The notes beneath the pieces are model-generated. The model saw nothing but the letters and a program-made list of their open reading frames with translations. It had not been told where the DNA came from and did not search any database. Below are positions 48,271-58,921 of a DNA stretch of 64,000 bases, one piece after another (within the stretch, counting starts at the first letter, position 1; each line of letters begins with the position of its first letter). The stretch is taken from contig CAVSHA010000020.1 in assembly GCA_963727645.1 (NCBI GenBank), positions 16,409 through 80,408 on the forward strand. The letters run 5' to 3'. A program made the position numbers and the translations under genes. Source of the stretch: an uncultured Acidimicrobiaceae bacterium. GTDB taxonomy: Bacteria > Actinomycetota > Acidimicrobiia > Acidimicrobiales > Bog-793.

Positions 48271-49110
48271 GTGCCCGAGCTTCCCGAAGTCGAGACGGTC
48301 CGCCGGGGACTCGAGGCCACGGTCGTCGGGCGCCGGATCGTCGAGGTTCAAGTGCTCGGGCGCCGGACCGTGAGGCGCCAGCCGCCGGCCGAGCTGACGA
48401 CCCGTCTCGTGGGGCGGACGGTGACCGCAGCGCTTCGCCGCGGCAAGTTCTTGATGCTGCCGCTCGACGATGACGCCGTCCTGATCGTCCACCTGCGCAT
48501 GACCGGCCGGCTGCTTCACCTGAGCGGCGAGCTACGCCCGCCGGTCGCCGCTCACACCCATGTGCTGGTGGGGCTCGACGACGGGACGGAGCTGCGCTTC
48601 GTCGATCCCAGGACTTTCGGGGAGTGGTTCGTCACCTCGAAGGTCGACAGTCGCGGCATCCCGTCCGAGCTCGCGCGCCTCGGGCGCGACCCGTTGCTGG
48701 AGGGACTGCCGGCCACCTACCTCACGGCCCACTTCGCCGGCCGCCGAGTCCGGCTCAAGGGCCTGCTCACCGATCAGGGGATCGTCGCCGGCATCGGGAG
48801 CATCTACGCGGACGAGATCTGCTTTCGGGCAAGGCTCAGGCCTGACCGCTTCGGCGGTTCGTTGAACGCTGCCGAGGTGGCGTCTCTCGCCAAGGCGGCC
48901 CGGGCCGTGCTACGCGAGGCCGTGGCGTCCAAAGGCTCGTCGTTGCGTGACATGGGTTACCGCGACATCTCGGGCGATCCGGGGTCCTATCAAGAGCGAC
49001 ACGCTGTCTACGACAGGGCGGGAGAGCCGTGCCCGCGCTGTGGGAACCGGGTCGTGCGGATCAAGATCGGGGCGCGGGCCGCGTACTTGTGCGAAGGGTG
49101 CCAGCTTTGA
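48271..49110 (+). CDS. mutM: Formamidopyrimidine-DNA glycosylase
   Basis: 279 aa with a GTG start directly after the rnc stop. It has the N-terminus PELPEVETVRRGL, an H2TH region and the zinc finger CPRCGNRVVRIKIGARAAYLCEGCQ. Confidence 0.93.
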   Translation: MPELPEVETVRRGLEATVVGRRIVEVQVLGRRTVRRQPPAELTTRLVGRTVTAALRRGKFLMLPLDDDAVLIVHLRMTGRLLHLSGELRPPVAAHTHVLVGLDDGTELRFVDPRTFGEWFVTSKVDSRGIPSELARLGRDPLLEGLPATYLTAHFAGRRVRLKGLLTDQGIVAGIGSIYADEICFRARLRPDRFGGSLNAAEVASLAKAARAVLREAVASKGSSLRDMGYRDISGDPGSYQERHAVYDRAGEPCPRCGNRVVRIKIGARAAYLCEGCQL

Positions 49111-49189
49111 GGGCTGTGTGGTCGTGGCGGGCCGGGGCCGCCGGCCAATCCCCGGGGTTCCACCCCGGCACGGATAACGTGATCCCAAC

Positions 49190-52100
49190 GTGTTCCTGAA
49201 GACGCTGACTCTCAAGGGCTTCAAGTCCTTTGCCGACCCGACGACGATCGAGCTGGAGCCCGGCATCACCGTGGTCGTGGGCCCGAACGGCTCCGGCAAG
49301 TCGAACGTCGTGGACGCCGTGGCCTGGGTGCTGGGTGCCCAGGGACCCAAGGTCGTCCGTTCAACGAAGATGGACGATGTCATCTTCGCGGGCACTTCGA
49401 GACGGCCGGCCCTCGGGCGTGCCGAAGTCTCCCTGACGATCGACAACGCTTCGAGACGCCTCCCGGTGGACGTGGCGGAGGTCACGATCACAAGGACGCT
49501 GTTTCGGACGGGCGAGAGCGAGTATGCGCTCAACGGTGCACCCTGCCGGCTGCTCGACATACAGGAGCTCCTTTCCGACGCGGGGGTCGGCCGCCAGCAG
49601 CACGTGATCGTGAGCCAGGGCCAGCTCGACTCGGTGCTCCAGGCGCGCCCGGAGGATCGGCGCATGGTGATCGAGGAAGCTGCAGGGATCCTCAAGTTCC
49701 GCCGCCGCCGAGAGAGGGCCGAGCGCCGCCTCGAATCGAGCGAGCAGAACCTGTTGCGGCTGCAGGACCTGCAGCGCGAGGTGCGCCGCCAGCTGCGGCC
49801 GCTCGAGCGTCAGGCCGAGGCGGCCCGGCGCCACGATGGGCTCGTCGCCGAGCTGCGGGCACTGCGGCTTTACCTTGCGGGCCGCGAGCTCGGCTCGCTC
49901 GGACGGCGCCTCGAGAGCGCCGAGCGTTCGCACGCCGAGCTCACCGAGCAGGAGGTCACCCAGCGCAACGAGCTGGCGCGCCTGGACGACCTGGTTGCCT
50001 CGACGGAGTCGGCGCTCACCGAATTGCAGGCCTGGGACGGAGCGGACCGGCTCGGGCGTGCCGAGCGCCTCCTCGAGCGCCAACGCGGTGTGGCGAACGT
50101 GGTTGCCGAGAGGCGCCGCACCGTCGCCGGGTCCCTCGCGGCGGCGACGGAGGCGGACGTCGTCGCATCGCTCGAGGCCGAGTCGGCGCGCCTTGCGGTC
50201 GACCTGTCCGCTGCCGAGGCGGCTGTCGGCTCGCTCGCGCCTGAACGCGAGGCGATCGAGAGGCTCGAAGCCGAGCTGCGGCGCGGCGAGGCGGAATTCG
50301 AGGCCGCTGCAGCTCAGGGCGACGTCGCGGATGCCGCCGCCCTGGCGCGATCGGCGGACTTGCCCGGCACGGCCGGGCTCATGGACGCTCGCGTCGCCCG
50401 TCAACAGCACGACGCGGCGCTCACCCGGCTGTCAACCGCCCGGGAGACGGTGGCGCGGCTGGCCGAGCGGCTTGCCAGCTCTGATCGCGTGCGCGAGGAG
50501 CACGAGCGTCGCTTGGCCGAGCTGGGGGCCGAGCTGGAGGCGTCCAAGGTCGCCACCGAGCGACTCCGGATCGAGCTCGAACAACTCGTGGCGGCGGAAC
50601 AGGCCGCCGAGGCACGTGAACGCGAGAGCGAGTCCCGCGCACGCACCGCCGTGGACCGCTCGCACGCGCTCGAGGCCCGAGCCGAGGCGCTGCAGGCAGC
50701 ACTCGACGAGACCCGGGCACGTGCCGGCGTGGAGCGCCTGGCCGGTCAGCCCGGCGTCCTGGGAACGCTCGCTGACGTCGTCGACGTCGACGGTGGTTGC
50801 GAACGCGGCTTCGAGGCCGCCGTCGAGGACGCTCTCGGCACGGTCGTGGTGGACGGGGCGGGCGCGGCGCGAGATGCCTTGCGCCACTTACACGACGCCG
50901 GCCTCCACGGCGGCGTGTTGCCGACCGGCGGGCCGCACGTGGGCGTGCCAGGGCCCCTGCCCGCACGGCTCGTGGGCAGGGCGGAACTGCTGCGTGATCG
51001 GGTCAGGTCACAGGCCCCAGGCCTCAACGCGGTGCTTGACCAGCTTCTCGCCGGTGTCCTGCTGTGCCGGGGCGGGCTCGGCGAGGCACTTCGCCTCGCC
51101 GAGGAGCTGCCGGGCAGCACGATCGTGACGACCGAGGGCGATCGTTTCTCGGCGCGGGGATGGCGGATCGGAGCAGCGCGCTCGGGAGCGACGCGTGCCG
51201 CGTTGGACACCGTCCGGCGAGACGCCGAGTCCGCCGCGAGCCTCGCAAGTGCGGCGGTGGCCGAAGCGCAGACCGACCGTGAGATCCTTGTCGGCGCCCG
51301 CGCGGCGGCCTCGGAGCTTGCTCGGCGCTTCGACAACGCTCTTGCCGCGCGCGCTTCTGCGCAGGTCGCCCAGGCGCAGCTGACCCAGCGCCTCGTTCAG
51401 CTCGATGCCGAGCGGAGCGACGCGTCGTGGGCTCACGAGGCTGCGCTGGGGCTGCTCGAGGCAGCCCAGGCGGAGGTCGCCCTGCGAGAGACCGAGCTCG
51501 CCAGGGCCGAAGGGGCCGAGGTCGAGGCCCTCGCCGTGGCAGAGGAGGTGACCCGGGCTCGCAAGGCACTCGACGAGCGTGCCCGTGCTGTTGCCAGCTC
51601 GAGGGCTGAGCTCGAGGTGCGTGCCGCGGGGCTGGACGAGCGCCGGACGCTGCTCGCCACTCGCCGCGACGAGGTCGAGCGGCGTCTGGCCGGCCTCGAC
51701 GCGGCACGTTCGGATGCGGCCGCCCGGAGGGAATCGCTCGAGACCGCCGAGCGGGCGCTCGCGCGAATCGCGGGCGGGCTCGTCCATCTGGAGGTCGAGC
51801 TGTCAGCGGCGCGGGACCGCCTGCGAGCTGAGCGGTCCGAGCAGGAGCTGGCCGTGACCAGCACCGTTGACCGGCTCCGCCGCCTGCGCGAAGGACGCGC
51901 CGTCGCCGAACGCGAGCTCACAGGCGCGCGCGAGCTCCTGCAACGCGTCGAGCTGGAGCGCGCCGAGGCAAGGCTCCGGCTGGAGACGGCAGTGGAGACC
52001 TTGCGCCGGGAGCTCGACTGCGAGCCGGACGAGGCCACCGCGGCGTTGTGCCCCGAGCTGCCGCCCGGCATCCCTGCACACGCCAGAGTGCGCGAGCTCG

Positions 52101-52741
52101 AGCGCGAGCTCCGGCTGATGGGCCCGGTGAACCCCCTGGCGCTCGAGGAGCTTGCCGCTCTCGAGGAACGGGACCGGTTCCTGGCCGAGCAGCTCGAGGA
52201 CGTCCGGGGCGCTCGCCGCGAGCTCGGACGGGTCATCCGTGCTGTCGACGAGGAGATCGTGGGCGTCTTCACCCAGGCGTTCGCGGATGTCGCCCAGCAC
52301 TTCGAGACCCTGTTCACGATGCTGTTCCCCGGGGGCACGGGCCGCCTGAGCCTCGTCGAGCCCGAGGACCTGCTCTCCACCGGGATCGAGATCGAGGCCC
52401 GGCCGGCCGGCCGCAACGTCCGGCGGCTCTCCTTGCTGTCGGGAGGCGAGCGGTCGCTCGTGGCCCTCGCGTTCCTTTTCGCGGTGTTCCGCAGCCGCCC
52501 GTCGCCGTTCTATGTCATGGACGAGGTCGAGGCAGCGCTGGACGACGTGAACCTTCATCGTTTCCTGGATCTGGTCGAGGAGTTCCGTTCCGACGCTCAG
52601 CTGATCGTTGTCAGCCACCAGAAACGGACCATGGAGGCAGCGGATGTCCTCTACGGCGTGACCATGCAGCCGGGCGGGGCCTCGAAGGTCGTGAGCGAGC
52701 GGATGGGGGCCCCGTCAGTCGGCAGCACCGCCCGCGAATAG
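49190..52741 (+). CDS. smc: Chromosome segregation protein SMC
   Basis: 1183 aa. It has Walker A GPNGSGKSNVVDAV, long coiled coils flanking a hinge (GVLGTLADVVDV), signature LSGGERSLVALAFLFA and Walker B YVMDEVEAALD. Confidence 0.97.
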   Translation: MFLKTLTLKGFKSFADPTTIELEPGITVVVGPNGSGKSNVVDAVAWVLGAQGPKVVRSTKMDDVIFAGTSRRPALGRAEVSLTIDNASRRLPVDVAEVTITRTLFRTGESEYALNGAPCRLLDIQELLSDAGVGRQQHVIVSQGQLDSVLQARPEDRRMVIEEAAGILKFRRRRERAERRLESSEQNLLRLQDLQREVRRQLRPLERQAEAARRHDGLVAELRALRLYLAGRELGSLGRRLESAERSHAELTEQEVTQRNELARLDDLVASTESALTELQAWDGADRLGRAERLLERQRGVANVVAERRRTVAGSLAAATEADVVASLEAESARLAVDLSAAEAAVGSLAPEREAIERLEAELRRGEAEFEAAAAQGDVADAAALARSADLPGTAGLMDARVARQQHDAALTRLSTARETVARLAERLASSDRVREEHERRLAELGAELEASKVATERLRIELEQLVAAEQAAEARERESESRARTAVDRSHALEARAEALQAALDETRARAGVERLAGQPGVLGTLADVVDVDGGCERGFEAAVEDALGTVVVDGAGAARDALRHLHDAGLHGGVLPTGGPHVGVPGPLPARLVGRAELLRDRVRSQAPGLNAVLDQLLAGVLLCRGGLGEALRLAEELPGSTIVTTEGDRFSARGWRIGAARSGATRAALDTVRRDAESAASLASAAVAEAQTDREILVGARAAASELARRFDNALAARASAQVAQAQLTQRLVQLDAERSDASWAHEAALGLLEAAQAEVALRETELARAEGAEVEALAVAEEVTRARKALDERARAVASSRAELEVRAAGLDERRTLLATRRDEVERRLAGLDAARSDAAARRESLETAERALARIAGGLVHLEVELSAARDRLRAERSEQELAVTSTVDRLRRLREGRAVAERELTGARELLQRVELERAEARLRLETAVETLRRELDCEPDEATAALCPELPPGIPAHARVRELERELRLMGPVNPLALEELAALEERDRFLAEQLEDVRGARRELGRVIRAVDEEIVGVFTQAFADVAQHFETLFTMLFPGGTGRLSLVEPEDLLSTGIEIEARPAGRNVRRLSLLSGGERSLVALAFLFAVFRSRPSPFYVMDEVEAALDDVNLHRFLDLVEEFRSDAQLIVVSHQKRTMEAADVLYGVTMQPGGASKVVSERMGAPSVGSTARE

Positions 52742-52821
52742 CGCGACGCCGGTTGTGCTCGGCCAGTGCTGACAGGGCGCCTCTCGGCACGCCGTTCGCA
52801 GCCCGGTAGTCTGCGCACGTC

Positions 52822-53916
52822 ATGACCCTCGTGATCGTCCTCGTCGTTGCCGCCGTGGTGCTGGCTGTCCTCGGTGGGGTCATTGTCGGCACACGCTCAC
52901 GTCGAGGCACGGTGCTCCAGCAGCCCGGTGCCCCGCAGCCGCCCACGGTGGCGCCGGTCGCGCCCGCACCCGAGCCGGAGACCTCTCCGACCCTCGAGGT
53001 CCGGACGCTCCGCCCGGTGCTGAGGGAACGGCTGGGACGCGCCCGAGGCCTGCTGGCGGGCTACTTCGAACAGGTCCGCAGCCGCAACGGCATCGACGAA
53101 GCGACGTTCGAGGAGCTAGAGGAGGCGCTCATCCTCGCTGACGTCGGTGTTACGACCACGACCCTTGTGCTGGGTGATCTTAGGGACAAGCTCCACGGCG
53201 GTGCTCTTTCCGCCACCGACCCGCCGGCTCTCCTCCAGGCCCTTCAAGACGATCTCGTCTCAATGTTCGAGGGCGATGACGGGTCGCTCGCCTACGCCGA
53301 CGGTGACGGGCCGACCGTGTGGCTCTTCGTCGGCGTGAACGGGGTTGGCAAGACCACGACGATCGGCAAGCTCGCCTTGCGGGAGACCCAGGCCGGGCGC
53401 GGTGTGGTCCTGGCAGCTGGGGACACGTTCCGGGCCGCCGCGGGAGAGCAGCTCGAGTCCTGGGCCGAGCGCGCCGGCGCGCGGATCGTCAGGGGCTCGG
53501 ACGGTGCGGACCCTTCCTCGGTCATCTTCGACGCCGTCGCGCACGCAGCCTCCCGAGGGACGGAGCTCGTCCTGGCCGACACCGCCGGCCGCCTGCACAC
53601 CAAGGTGAACCTCATGGACGAGCTGCGCAAGGTGCGCCGTGTGGCAGCACGACCCCCGGGCCGGCTGACCGAGGTGCTCCTCGTGCTCGATGCCACGACG
53701 GGTCAGAACGGGGTCGCCCAGGCACGTCAGTTCACTGAGGCGGTCGGCGTCACGGGCATCGTTCTCACCAAGCTCGACGGCACGGCCAAAGGTGGCGTGG
53801 TGCTCTCGATCCGATCCGAGCTGGGGCTGCCGATCAAGCTGGTCGGGGTCGGTGAGGGCCCGGCAGACCTCGTGCCGTTCGATCCGGTGGAGTTCGTCTC
53901 GGCGCTGTTCGCGTGA
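52822..53916 (+). CDS. ftsY: Signal recognition particle receptor FtsY
   Basis: 364 aa with an N-terminal TM anchor and an NG domain carrying GVNGVGKTTTIGKLA, DTAGRLH and TKLDGTAKGG. Confidence 0.95.
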   Translation: MTLVIVLVVAAVVLAVLGGVIVGTRSRRGTVLQQPGAPQPPTVAPVAPAPEPETSPTLEVRTLRPVLRERLGRARGLLAGYFEQVRSRNGIDEATFEELEEALILADVGVTTTTLVLGDLRDKLHGGALSATDPPALLQALQDDLVSMFEGDDGSLAYADGDGPTVWLFVGVNGVGKTTTIGKLALRETQAGRGVVLAAGDTFRAAAGEQLESWAERAGARIVRGSDGADPSSVIFDAVAHAASRGTELVLADTAGRLHTKVNLMDELRKVRRVAARPPGRLTEVLLVLDATTGQNGVAQARQFTEAVGVTGIVLTKLDGTAKGGVVLSIRSELGLPIKLVGVGEGPADLVPFDPVEFVSALFA

Positions 53917-53979
53917 CCGCCCCGAGCTCGGTGCCTCCATCGGTGCCCGGGCCGCGGCCCGACTAACCTGAGCTGACCC

Positions 53980-55380
53980 ATGTTCGACACCTTGACCGAT
54001 CGTTTCGATGCCATCTTCACGCGCCTTCGTGGCCGTGGCCGGCTCGGCGACGCCGAGGTTGCCGAGGTTCTCCGCGAGATCCGGGTCGCGCTCTTGGAAG
54101 CCGACGTCAACCTGGCCGTCGTGCGGGACCTCATCGAGGCCATCCGCGCCCGCTGCACGGGGGCCGAGCTCGCCAAGTATCTGACCCCTGCCCAACAGGT
54201 CATCAAGGTGGTCAACGAGGAGCTCACTGCCACCCTGGGCGGTGAGGCGCTGAGGATCAGCTACGCGCCGAAGCCCCCGACCGTCGTGCTGCTCGCCGGC
54301 CTCCAAGGGTCCGGCAAGACGACAGCCGCCGCGAAGCTGGCCCGCTGGTTCCGCCAACAGGGGCGTCATCCCTATCTGATCGGCGCCGACCTGCAGCGCC
54401 CAGCGGCTGTCGAACAGCTGCGGGTGCTCGGGGCCGAGGTCGGCGTCGGCGTCTTCTCCGAGCCGACCAATCCCGTCTCGGTCGCCCGCGGCGGCCTGGC
54501 CGAGGCCCAACGCCTCGGGCGCGATGTCGTCATCGTCGACACTGCCGGCCGTCTCGCCATCGACCGGGAGCTGATGGACGAGGTGCGGCGGGTGTCTGAA
54601 GCGGTCCGCCCGAACTACACCTTCTTCGTCGTCGACGCCATGACGGGTCAAGACGCCGTGCAGACCGCTGAGGCCTTCCACCAGGCATTGCAGCTCGACG
54701 GCATCATCTTGACCAAGGTTGACGGTGACGCGCGCGGCGGCGCTGCCCTCTCGGTCAAGCAGGTCGTCGGGCGGCCGATCGCGTTCTTGTCCACCGGGGA
54801 ACGGGTTGCCGACTTCGAGACGTTCCACCCCGATCGTCTGGCCAGCCGGATCCTCGGCATGGGAGACGTCCTCAGCCTCATCGAGAAGGCCGAGCGCGAG
54901 TACGACGAGGAGGTCACCGGACAGGCCCTCGAGCGGCTCCAGACGGGGACCTTCACGTTCGATGATTTCCTTGATCAGCTCCGCCAGCTCAAGAAGATGG
55001 GCCCGTTGACGGGACTGTTGTCGCTGATGCCCGGCGTTCCGAAGGAGATGCGCGACGCTAAGGTCGATGATCGCGATGTCGGCAGGATCGAGGCGATCAT
55101 CTGCTCGATGACACTCCTCGAGCGCACCGACCCGACGGTGCTGGACGGTTCGCGCCGGCTCAGGATCGCGCGCGGAAGTGGCACCTCCACCACCGAGGTC
55201 AATAATCTCCTGCGGCAGTTCAAGGAGATGCAGAAGATGATGCGGGGCATCGGGCCCATGGCCAAGCTCATGGGAGGTGGCCGGCCCGGTAACCCGTCCA
55301 AGTCGAGCAGGGGCGCCCGCAAGAAAGTCAAGGGCGGTCGCGTCACCCCGTCGCCGAGGGGCCTCGGCCCGACGCGATAA
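53980..55380 (+). CDS. ffh: Signal recognition particle protein Ffh
   Basis: 466 aa with [44 protein letters not shown] and a Met-rich M domain. Confidence 0.97.
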   Translation: MFDTLTDRFDAIFTRLRGRGRLGDAEVAEVLREIRVALLEADVNLAVVRDLIEAIRARCTGAELAKYLTPAQQVIKVVNEELTATLGGEALRISYAPKPPTVVLLAGLQGSGKTTAAAKLARWFRQQGRHPYLIGADLQRPAAVEQLRVLGAEVGVGVFSEPTNPVSVARGGLAEAQRLGRDVVIVDTAGRLAIDRELMDEVRRVSEAVRPNYTFFVVDAMTGQDAVQTAEAFHQALQLDGIILTKVDGDARGGAALSVKQVVGRPIAFLSTGERVADFETFHPDRLASRILGMGDVLSLIEKAEREYDEEVTGQALERLQTGTFTFDDFLDQLRQLKKMGPLTGLLSLMPGVPKEMRDAKVDDRDVGRIEAIICSMTLLERTDPTVLDGSRRLRIARGSGTSTTEVNNLLRQFKEMQKMMRGIGPMAKLMGGGRPGNPSKSSRGARKKVKGGRVTPSPRGLGPTR

Positions 55381-55411
55381 TGGTCTCCACACGAAAGAAG
55401 GAAGAAACCCC

Positions 55412-55834
55412 GTGACCGTCAAGCTCCGCCTCATGCGCATGGGCAAGAAGAAGCAGCCCACCTACCGCGTCGTCGTGGCCGACAGCCGTTCGCCCCGAGA
55501 CGGGCGGTTCATAGAGGCCGTCGGCACCTACGCGCCCCGAATGGAACCGTCCACCATCGAGATCGACAATGACCGGGTCCTGGGCTGGCTGGCCAAAGGC
55601 GCCCAACCCACCGAGACCGTGCGCAAGCTGCTCGTGATCTCGGGAGCCTGGGAGCGTTTCGAGTCGAACCGTCCCCCCAAGCAGGTCTCCCAGCGCTACG
55701 CACGCCCGGGCCGCGCCACGACACCTGCCAAGAAGGCACCCGCGAAGAAGGCACCTGCCAAGAAAGTGGCTGCTGGCAAGGCTTCCGCCAAGCAGGTCAC
55801 CGCAAGTGGTTCGCAAGCCGAAGCCGAAAGCTGA
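55412..55834 (+). CDS. rpsP: 30S ribosomal protein S16 with a Lys/Ala-rich C-terminal tail
   Basis: GTG 55412 follows GAAAGAAGGAAG. The product begins [35 protein letters not shown]. The tail contains [13 protein letters not shown], encoded by 15-nt repeats at about 55727-55771. Confidence 0.95.
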   Translation: MTVKLRLMRMGKKKQPTYRVVVADSRSPRDGRFIEAVGTYAPRMEPSTIEIDNDRVLGWLAKGAQPTETVRKLLVISGAWERFESNRPPKQVSQRYARPGRATTPAKKAPAKKAPAKKVAAGKASAKQVTASGSQAEAES

Positions 55835-55842
55835 GCAACGCG

Positions 55843-56313
55843 ATGACAGACATCGGAAGCAACCCCTTCGCCGAGCCGGACTTCAGTGCCTTTCGCTCTT
55901 CGAGCACCGAGGATGCAACAGGCGAGGCCTACAGCGATGGCGACGTGGAGGACCTCGAGGACGACTTCGATGAAGGCGAAGAGCTCGACGACCTCGACGA
56001 GGTTCCCGTGAGCGCCGTGGCCGACAGCGAGCCCGACGCGGCCGCCTCGGACGACGCGGGCAACCGCGTCGAGGGCGGCACGGCACGCTCGGTGCTCGAG
56101 CACGTCGCGCGCTCCATCGTTGACGACCCCGAGGGCGTGGCGGTCGACGTAGGCGAGACCCGCAGTGGCATCCGCCTTTCCCTTCGCGTCGCCCAAGGCG
56201 ACATGGGGCGGATCATCGGCCGGCGTGGACGCACCGCTCAGGCGCTGCGTACCCTCGTGCGCGCCGCAGCAGCCCGCGACGGCCAGGAGGCGTCGGTCGA
56301 CATCGTCGACTGA
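55843..56313 (+). CDS. KH-domain RNA-binding protein (YlqC/Rv2908c-like) with an acidic N-terminal extension
   Basis: 156 aa. The C-terminal 75 aa (VLEHVARSIVDDPEGVAV...GDMGRIIGRRGRTAQALRTLV) form the KH core. The first ~75 aa are D/E-rich. An internal GTG start cannot be excluded. Confidence 0.8.
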   Translation: MTDIGSNPFAEPDFSAFRSSSTEDATGEAYSDGDVEDLEDDFDEGEELDDLDEVPVSAVADSEPDAAASDDAGNRVEGGTARSVLEHVARSIVDDPEGVAVDVGETRSGIRLSLRVAQGDMGRIIGRRGRTAQALRTLVRAAAARDGQEASVDIVD

Positions 56314-56320
56314 GCACGAG

Positions 56321-56875
56321 ATGGTCCCGAGCTCGGGTGGTGACGCGGGCCGGCGGCCGCTGCTCGAGGTGGGCCGCATTGCCCGGCCGCACGGGCTGGC
56401 CGGGGCAGTTGTGGTCGCGCTCGTCACCAATCGCACCGAACGGCTCGCTCCCGGAGCCGAGCTCGTCTGTTACGCAGCGGGCGTGCCGGCCGGGCCCGGG
56501 GCGGCCGACTCGTCAGGACCGGCGTCGCGGTCTTGTGCCCGCAAGCTCGAAGTGCTGAGCTCCCGGCCCTTTCAGGGGCGCTATCTCGTCGAGTTCGAGG
56601 GGGTACGCACCCGGGAGGCGGCCGACGAGCTTCGCGGTGCACTGCTCGCGGCGGTCGCGATCGAGGACCCTGAGGCGCTTTTCGTGCACGACCTGGTCGG
56701 CAGTAGCGTCGTCGAGGTTGACGGGACCGAGCACGGGACGGTGGTCGCGGTCCAGGCCAACCCGGCGAGCGATCTGCTCGTGATGGAGGACGGGGGCCTT
56801 GTGCCGTTGAGATTCGTGGTCGCCCGTGAGGATGACCGCATCGTGGTCGACGTGCCGGCCGGGTTGTTCGAGTGA
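56321..56875 (+). CDS. rimM: 16S rRNA processing protein RimM
   Basis: ATG 56321 within ORF 56165..56875. It has LEVGRIARPHGLAGAVVV and a PRC-barrel C-terminus. Confidence 0.9.
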   Translation: MVPSSGGDAGRRPLLEVGRIARPHGLAGAVVVALVTNRTERLAPGAELVCYAAGVPAGPGAADSSGPASRSCARKLEVLSSRPFQGRYLVEFEGVRTREAADELRGALLAAVAIEDPEALFVHDLVGSSVVEVDGTEHGTVVAVQANPASDLLVMEDGGLVPLRFVVAREDDRIVVDVPAGLFE

Positions 56876-57807
56876 CCCGGAGCGAGGTTCCACGATCATC
56901 GGCGCCGCCGGCCACCACTCCCGAGGCCGCCCCGGAGCAGAGGGCGGCGGCGTTGCGCATCGACGTCTTCACGATCTTCCCCGAAGTGGTCGACGCGTAC
57001 TGCACGACAAGCGTCGTCGGGCGCGCAAGGCGAGACGGGCTCGTCGATCTCCGGATCCACGACCTGCGTGCTGCTGCGACCGACCCGCACCGCACCGTGG
57101 ACGACGCGCCCTTCGGCGGCGGAGCGGGGATGGTGCTCGCTCCCGAACCCGTCTTCGGTGCTGTCGAGCTCGCTGACCCGCCGCGACCCCTCTACCTGCT
57201 CGCACCCGGTGGTCGACGTTTCGATCAATCTGTTGCGGCCGAGCTCGCCGGCCTCGGCTGCGCCGCGCCAGGGGCCGGACCGGCGGCCTTCTCACTTCTG
57301 TGCGGGCGTTACGAGGGCGTGGACCAGCGCATCGCCGACCATCTCGCCGACGGTGAGCTGTCCGTCGGCGACTTCGTGCTCGCAGGGGGGGAGCTGGCGG
57401 CCCTGGTCGTCGTCGAGGCCACGGCTCGGCTCGTTCCGGGGGTGCTCGGCAACGCAGCCTCGACCGGCGACGAGAGCTTCACTACCGGGCTGCTGGAGTA
57501 CCCGCAGTACACGCGCCCGGCGGTGTTCCGGGGCTGGGAGGTTCCTGAGGTCCTGCGTGGGGGTGATCACGGACGGATCGGACGATGGCGCCGTGCCGCG
57601 GCACTCTGGCGCACGCTCGAGCGTCGGCCGGACCTGCTGGACGCCCGAGGGGGGCTTTCAGCCGGCGAGGTGCGCCTCCTCCTCGAGCACGGCTATCCTC
57701 TAGGTGCCTACGGAACGGGACGAGCCGAATGGTCGGACTCTGAATCCGGTAAGCGGCAAACTGTCGGCGACCCGTCCGATCGCCTCGAGGAGCGTGACCT
57801 GTCATGA
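56872..57807 (+). CDS. trmD: tRNA (guanine37-N1)-methyltransferase TrmD
   Basis: 311-aa ORF whose GTG overlaps the rimM stop. The core begins at [13 protein letters not shown], so TTG 56953 is an alternative start. It carries [10 protein letters not shown] and a C-terminal tail of about 35 aa that overlaps the rplS start by 4 nt. Confidence 0.92.
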   Translation: MTRSEVPRSSAPPATTPEAAPEQRAAALRIDVFTIFPEVVDAYCTTSVVGRARRDGLVDLRIHDLRAAATDPHRTVDDAPFGGGAGMVLAPEPVFGAVELADPPRPLYLLAPGGRRFDQSVAAELAGLGCAAPGAGPAAFSLLCGRYEGVDQRIADHLADGELSVGDFVLAGGELAALVVVEATARLVPGVLGNAASTGDESFTTGLLEYPQYTRPAVFRGWEVPEVLRGGDHGRIGRWRRAAALWRTLERRPDLLDARGGLSAGEVRLLLEHGYPLGAYGTGRAEWSDSESGKRQTVGDPSDRLEERDLS

Positions 57808-58154
57808 ACCCCACCGACCTCATCGACCGCGAGAGCCTTCGCGACGACATCCCTGACTTTCGCCCCGGGGACACCTTGAGGGTGCATGTCCGGGTCGTCG
57901 AAGGCAACCGCGAGCGCGTCCAGGTCTTTCAGGGTGCTGCCATCCGCCGTCAGGGCTCGGGCGTCCGCGAGACCTTCACAGTGCGCAAAGTGAGCTTCGG
58001 CGTCGGTGTCGAGCGCACCTTCCCGGTCCACTCACCGATCATCGCCAAGATCGAACTGGTCACCGAAGGTGACGTCCGTCGCGCCAAGCTGTACTACTTG
58101 CGCGATCGCGCCGGCAAGGCGGCGAAGATCAAGGAGAAGCGCGACGTACGCTGA
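57804..58154 (+). CDS. rplS: 50S ribosomal protein L19
   Basis: 116 aa with [44 protein letters not shown] and AKLYYLR. Confidence 0.97.
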   Translation: MNPTDLIDRESLRDDIPDFRPGDTLRVHVRVVEGNRERVQVFQGAAIRRQGSGVRETFTVRKVSFGVGVERTFPVHSPIIAKIELVTEGDVRRAKLYYLRDRAGKAAKIKEKRDVR

Positions 58155-58247
58155 GACGCTGTGCGACCTCGTCGTCCCGGCTCGGGAGGTGCCCGGGACC
58201 ATCGGCCCGCGCGTCGGCGAAGCCGGGGACGTGCTAGGCAGGCGACC

Positions 58248-58544
58248 ATGAGCGCCGAGGAGGACCTCGACCAGTTCGAGGCCGAGGTGGAGCTCGAGCT
58301 CTACCGTGAGTACCGGGCCGTGTTCTCGATGTTCCGTTATGTCGTCGAGACCGAGCGCCGTTTCTACCTCGCGAACAACGTCAAGGTCACACCCAAGTCA
58401 GGGCCCGGTGCCACTTACTTCGAGGTCGAGCTCGGTGACGCGTGGGTCTGGGACATGTACCGCCAGGCGCGGTTCGTATCGTCGGTGCACGTGGTCACCT
58501 ACAAAGACGTCAACGTGGAGGCACTGCCCAAAGACGAGGTCTGA
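58248..58544 (+). CDS. DUF2469 family protein
   Basis: ATG 58248 within ORF 58161..58544. The product MSAEEDLDQFEAEVELELYREYRAVFSMFRYVVETERRFYLAN matches my recollection of the actinobacterial DUF2469 family (Rv2901c-like). Its position near rplS and yraN also fits. Confidence 0.85.
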   Translation: MSAEEDLDQFEAEVELELYREYRAVFSMFRYVVETERRFYLANNVKVTPKSGPGATYFEVELGDAWVWDMYRQARFVSSVHVVTYKDVNVEALPKDEV

Positions 58545-58546
58545 GG

Positions 58547-58897
58547 ATGGCGCCCCATGCCGGAGGGTCGGCGCTGGGGCGCCTGGGCGAGGAAGCCGCG
58601 CTCGCCTGGTACGTCCAGCACGGCTACGAGATCGTCCAGAAGAACTGGAGCTGTCGTGCCGGCGAGATCGACTTGATCTGCCGCCGTGGGCGGCTCCTTG
58701 TCATCTGCGAGGTGAAGACGAGGACCACCGGACAGTTCGGGTCCCCATTCGAGGCAGTCACTTCCGCAAAGCGTCGTCGTCTTCGCCGCCTCGCCACGCT
58801 CTACCTCCTGGAGACGACCCCGACCACCACGGACGTGCGTTTCGACGTGGCGGCGGTCCAACCGGGAAGCGTCGAGGTCCTGGAGAACGCGTTCTGA
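58547..58897 (+). CDS. YraN family (UPF0102) endonuclease-like protein
   Basis: ATG 58547 within ORF 58442..58897. Motifs are GEEAALAWYVQHGYEIVQKNWSCRAGEIDLI and VICEVKTR. Confidence 0.85.
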   Translation: MAPHAGGSALGRLGEEAALAWYVQHGYEIVQKNWSCRAGEIDLICRRGRLLVICEVKTRTTGQFGSPFEAVTSAKRRRLRRLATLYLLETTPTTTDVRFDVAAVQPGSVEVLENAF

Positions 58898-58921
58898 GCG
58901 ACCGAGTGCTGGCGCGGGCCG

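Noticed and set aside
49152-49168. Short hairpins as terminators: CCGGGG-ttcca-CCCCGG between mutM and smc, and GTCCCGG...CCGGGAC at 58174-58199 after rplS.
   Set aside because: The stems are only 6-7 bp without U-tracts, in GC-rich DNA where such pairings arise by chance. There is not enough support to annotate them as terminators.
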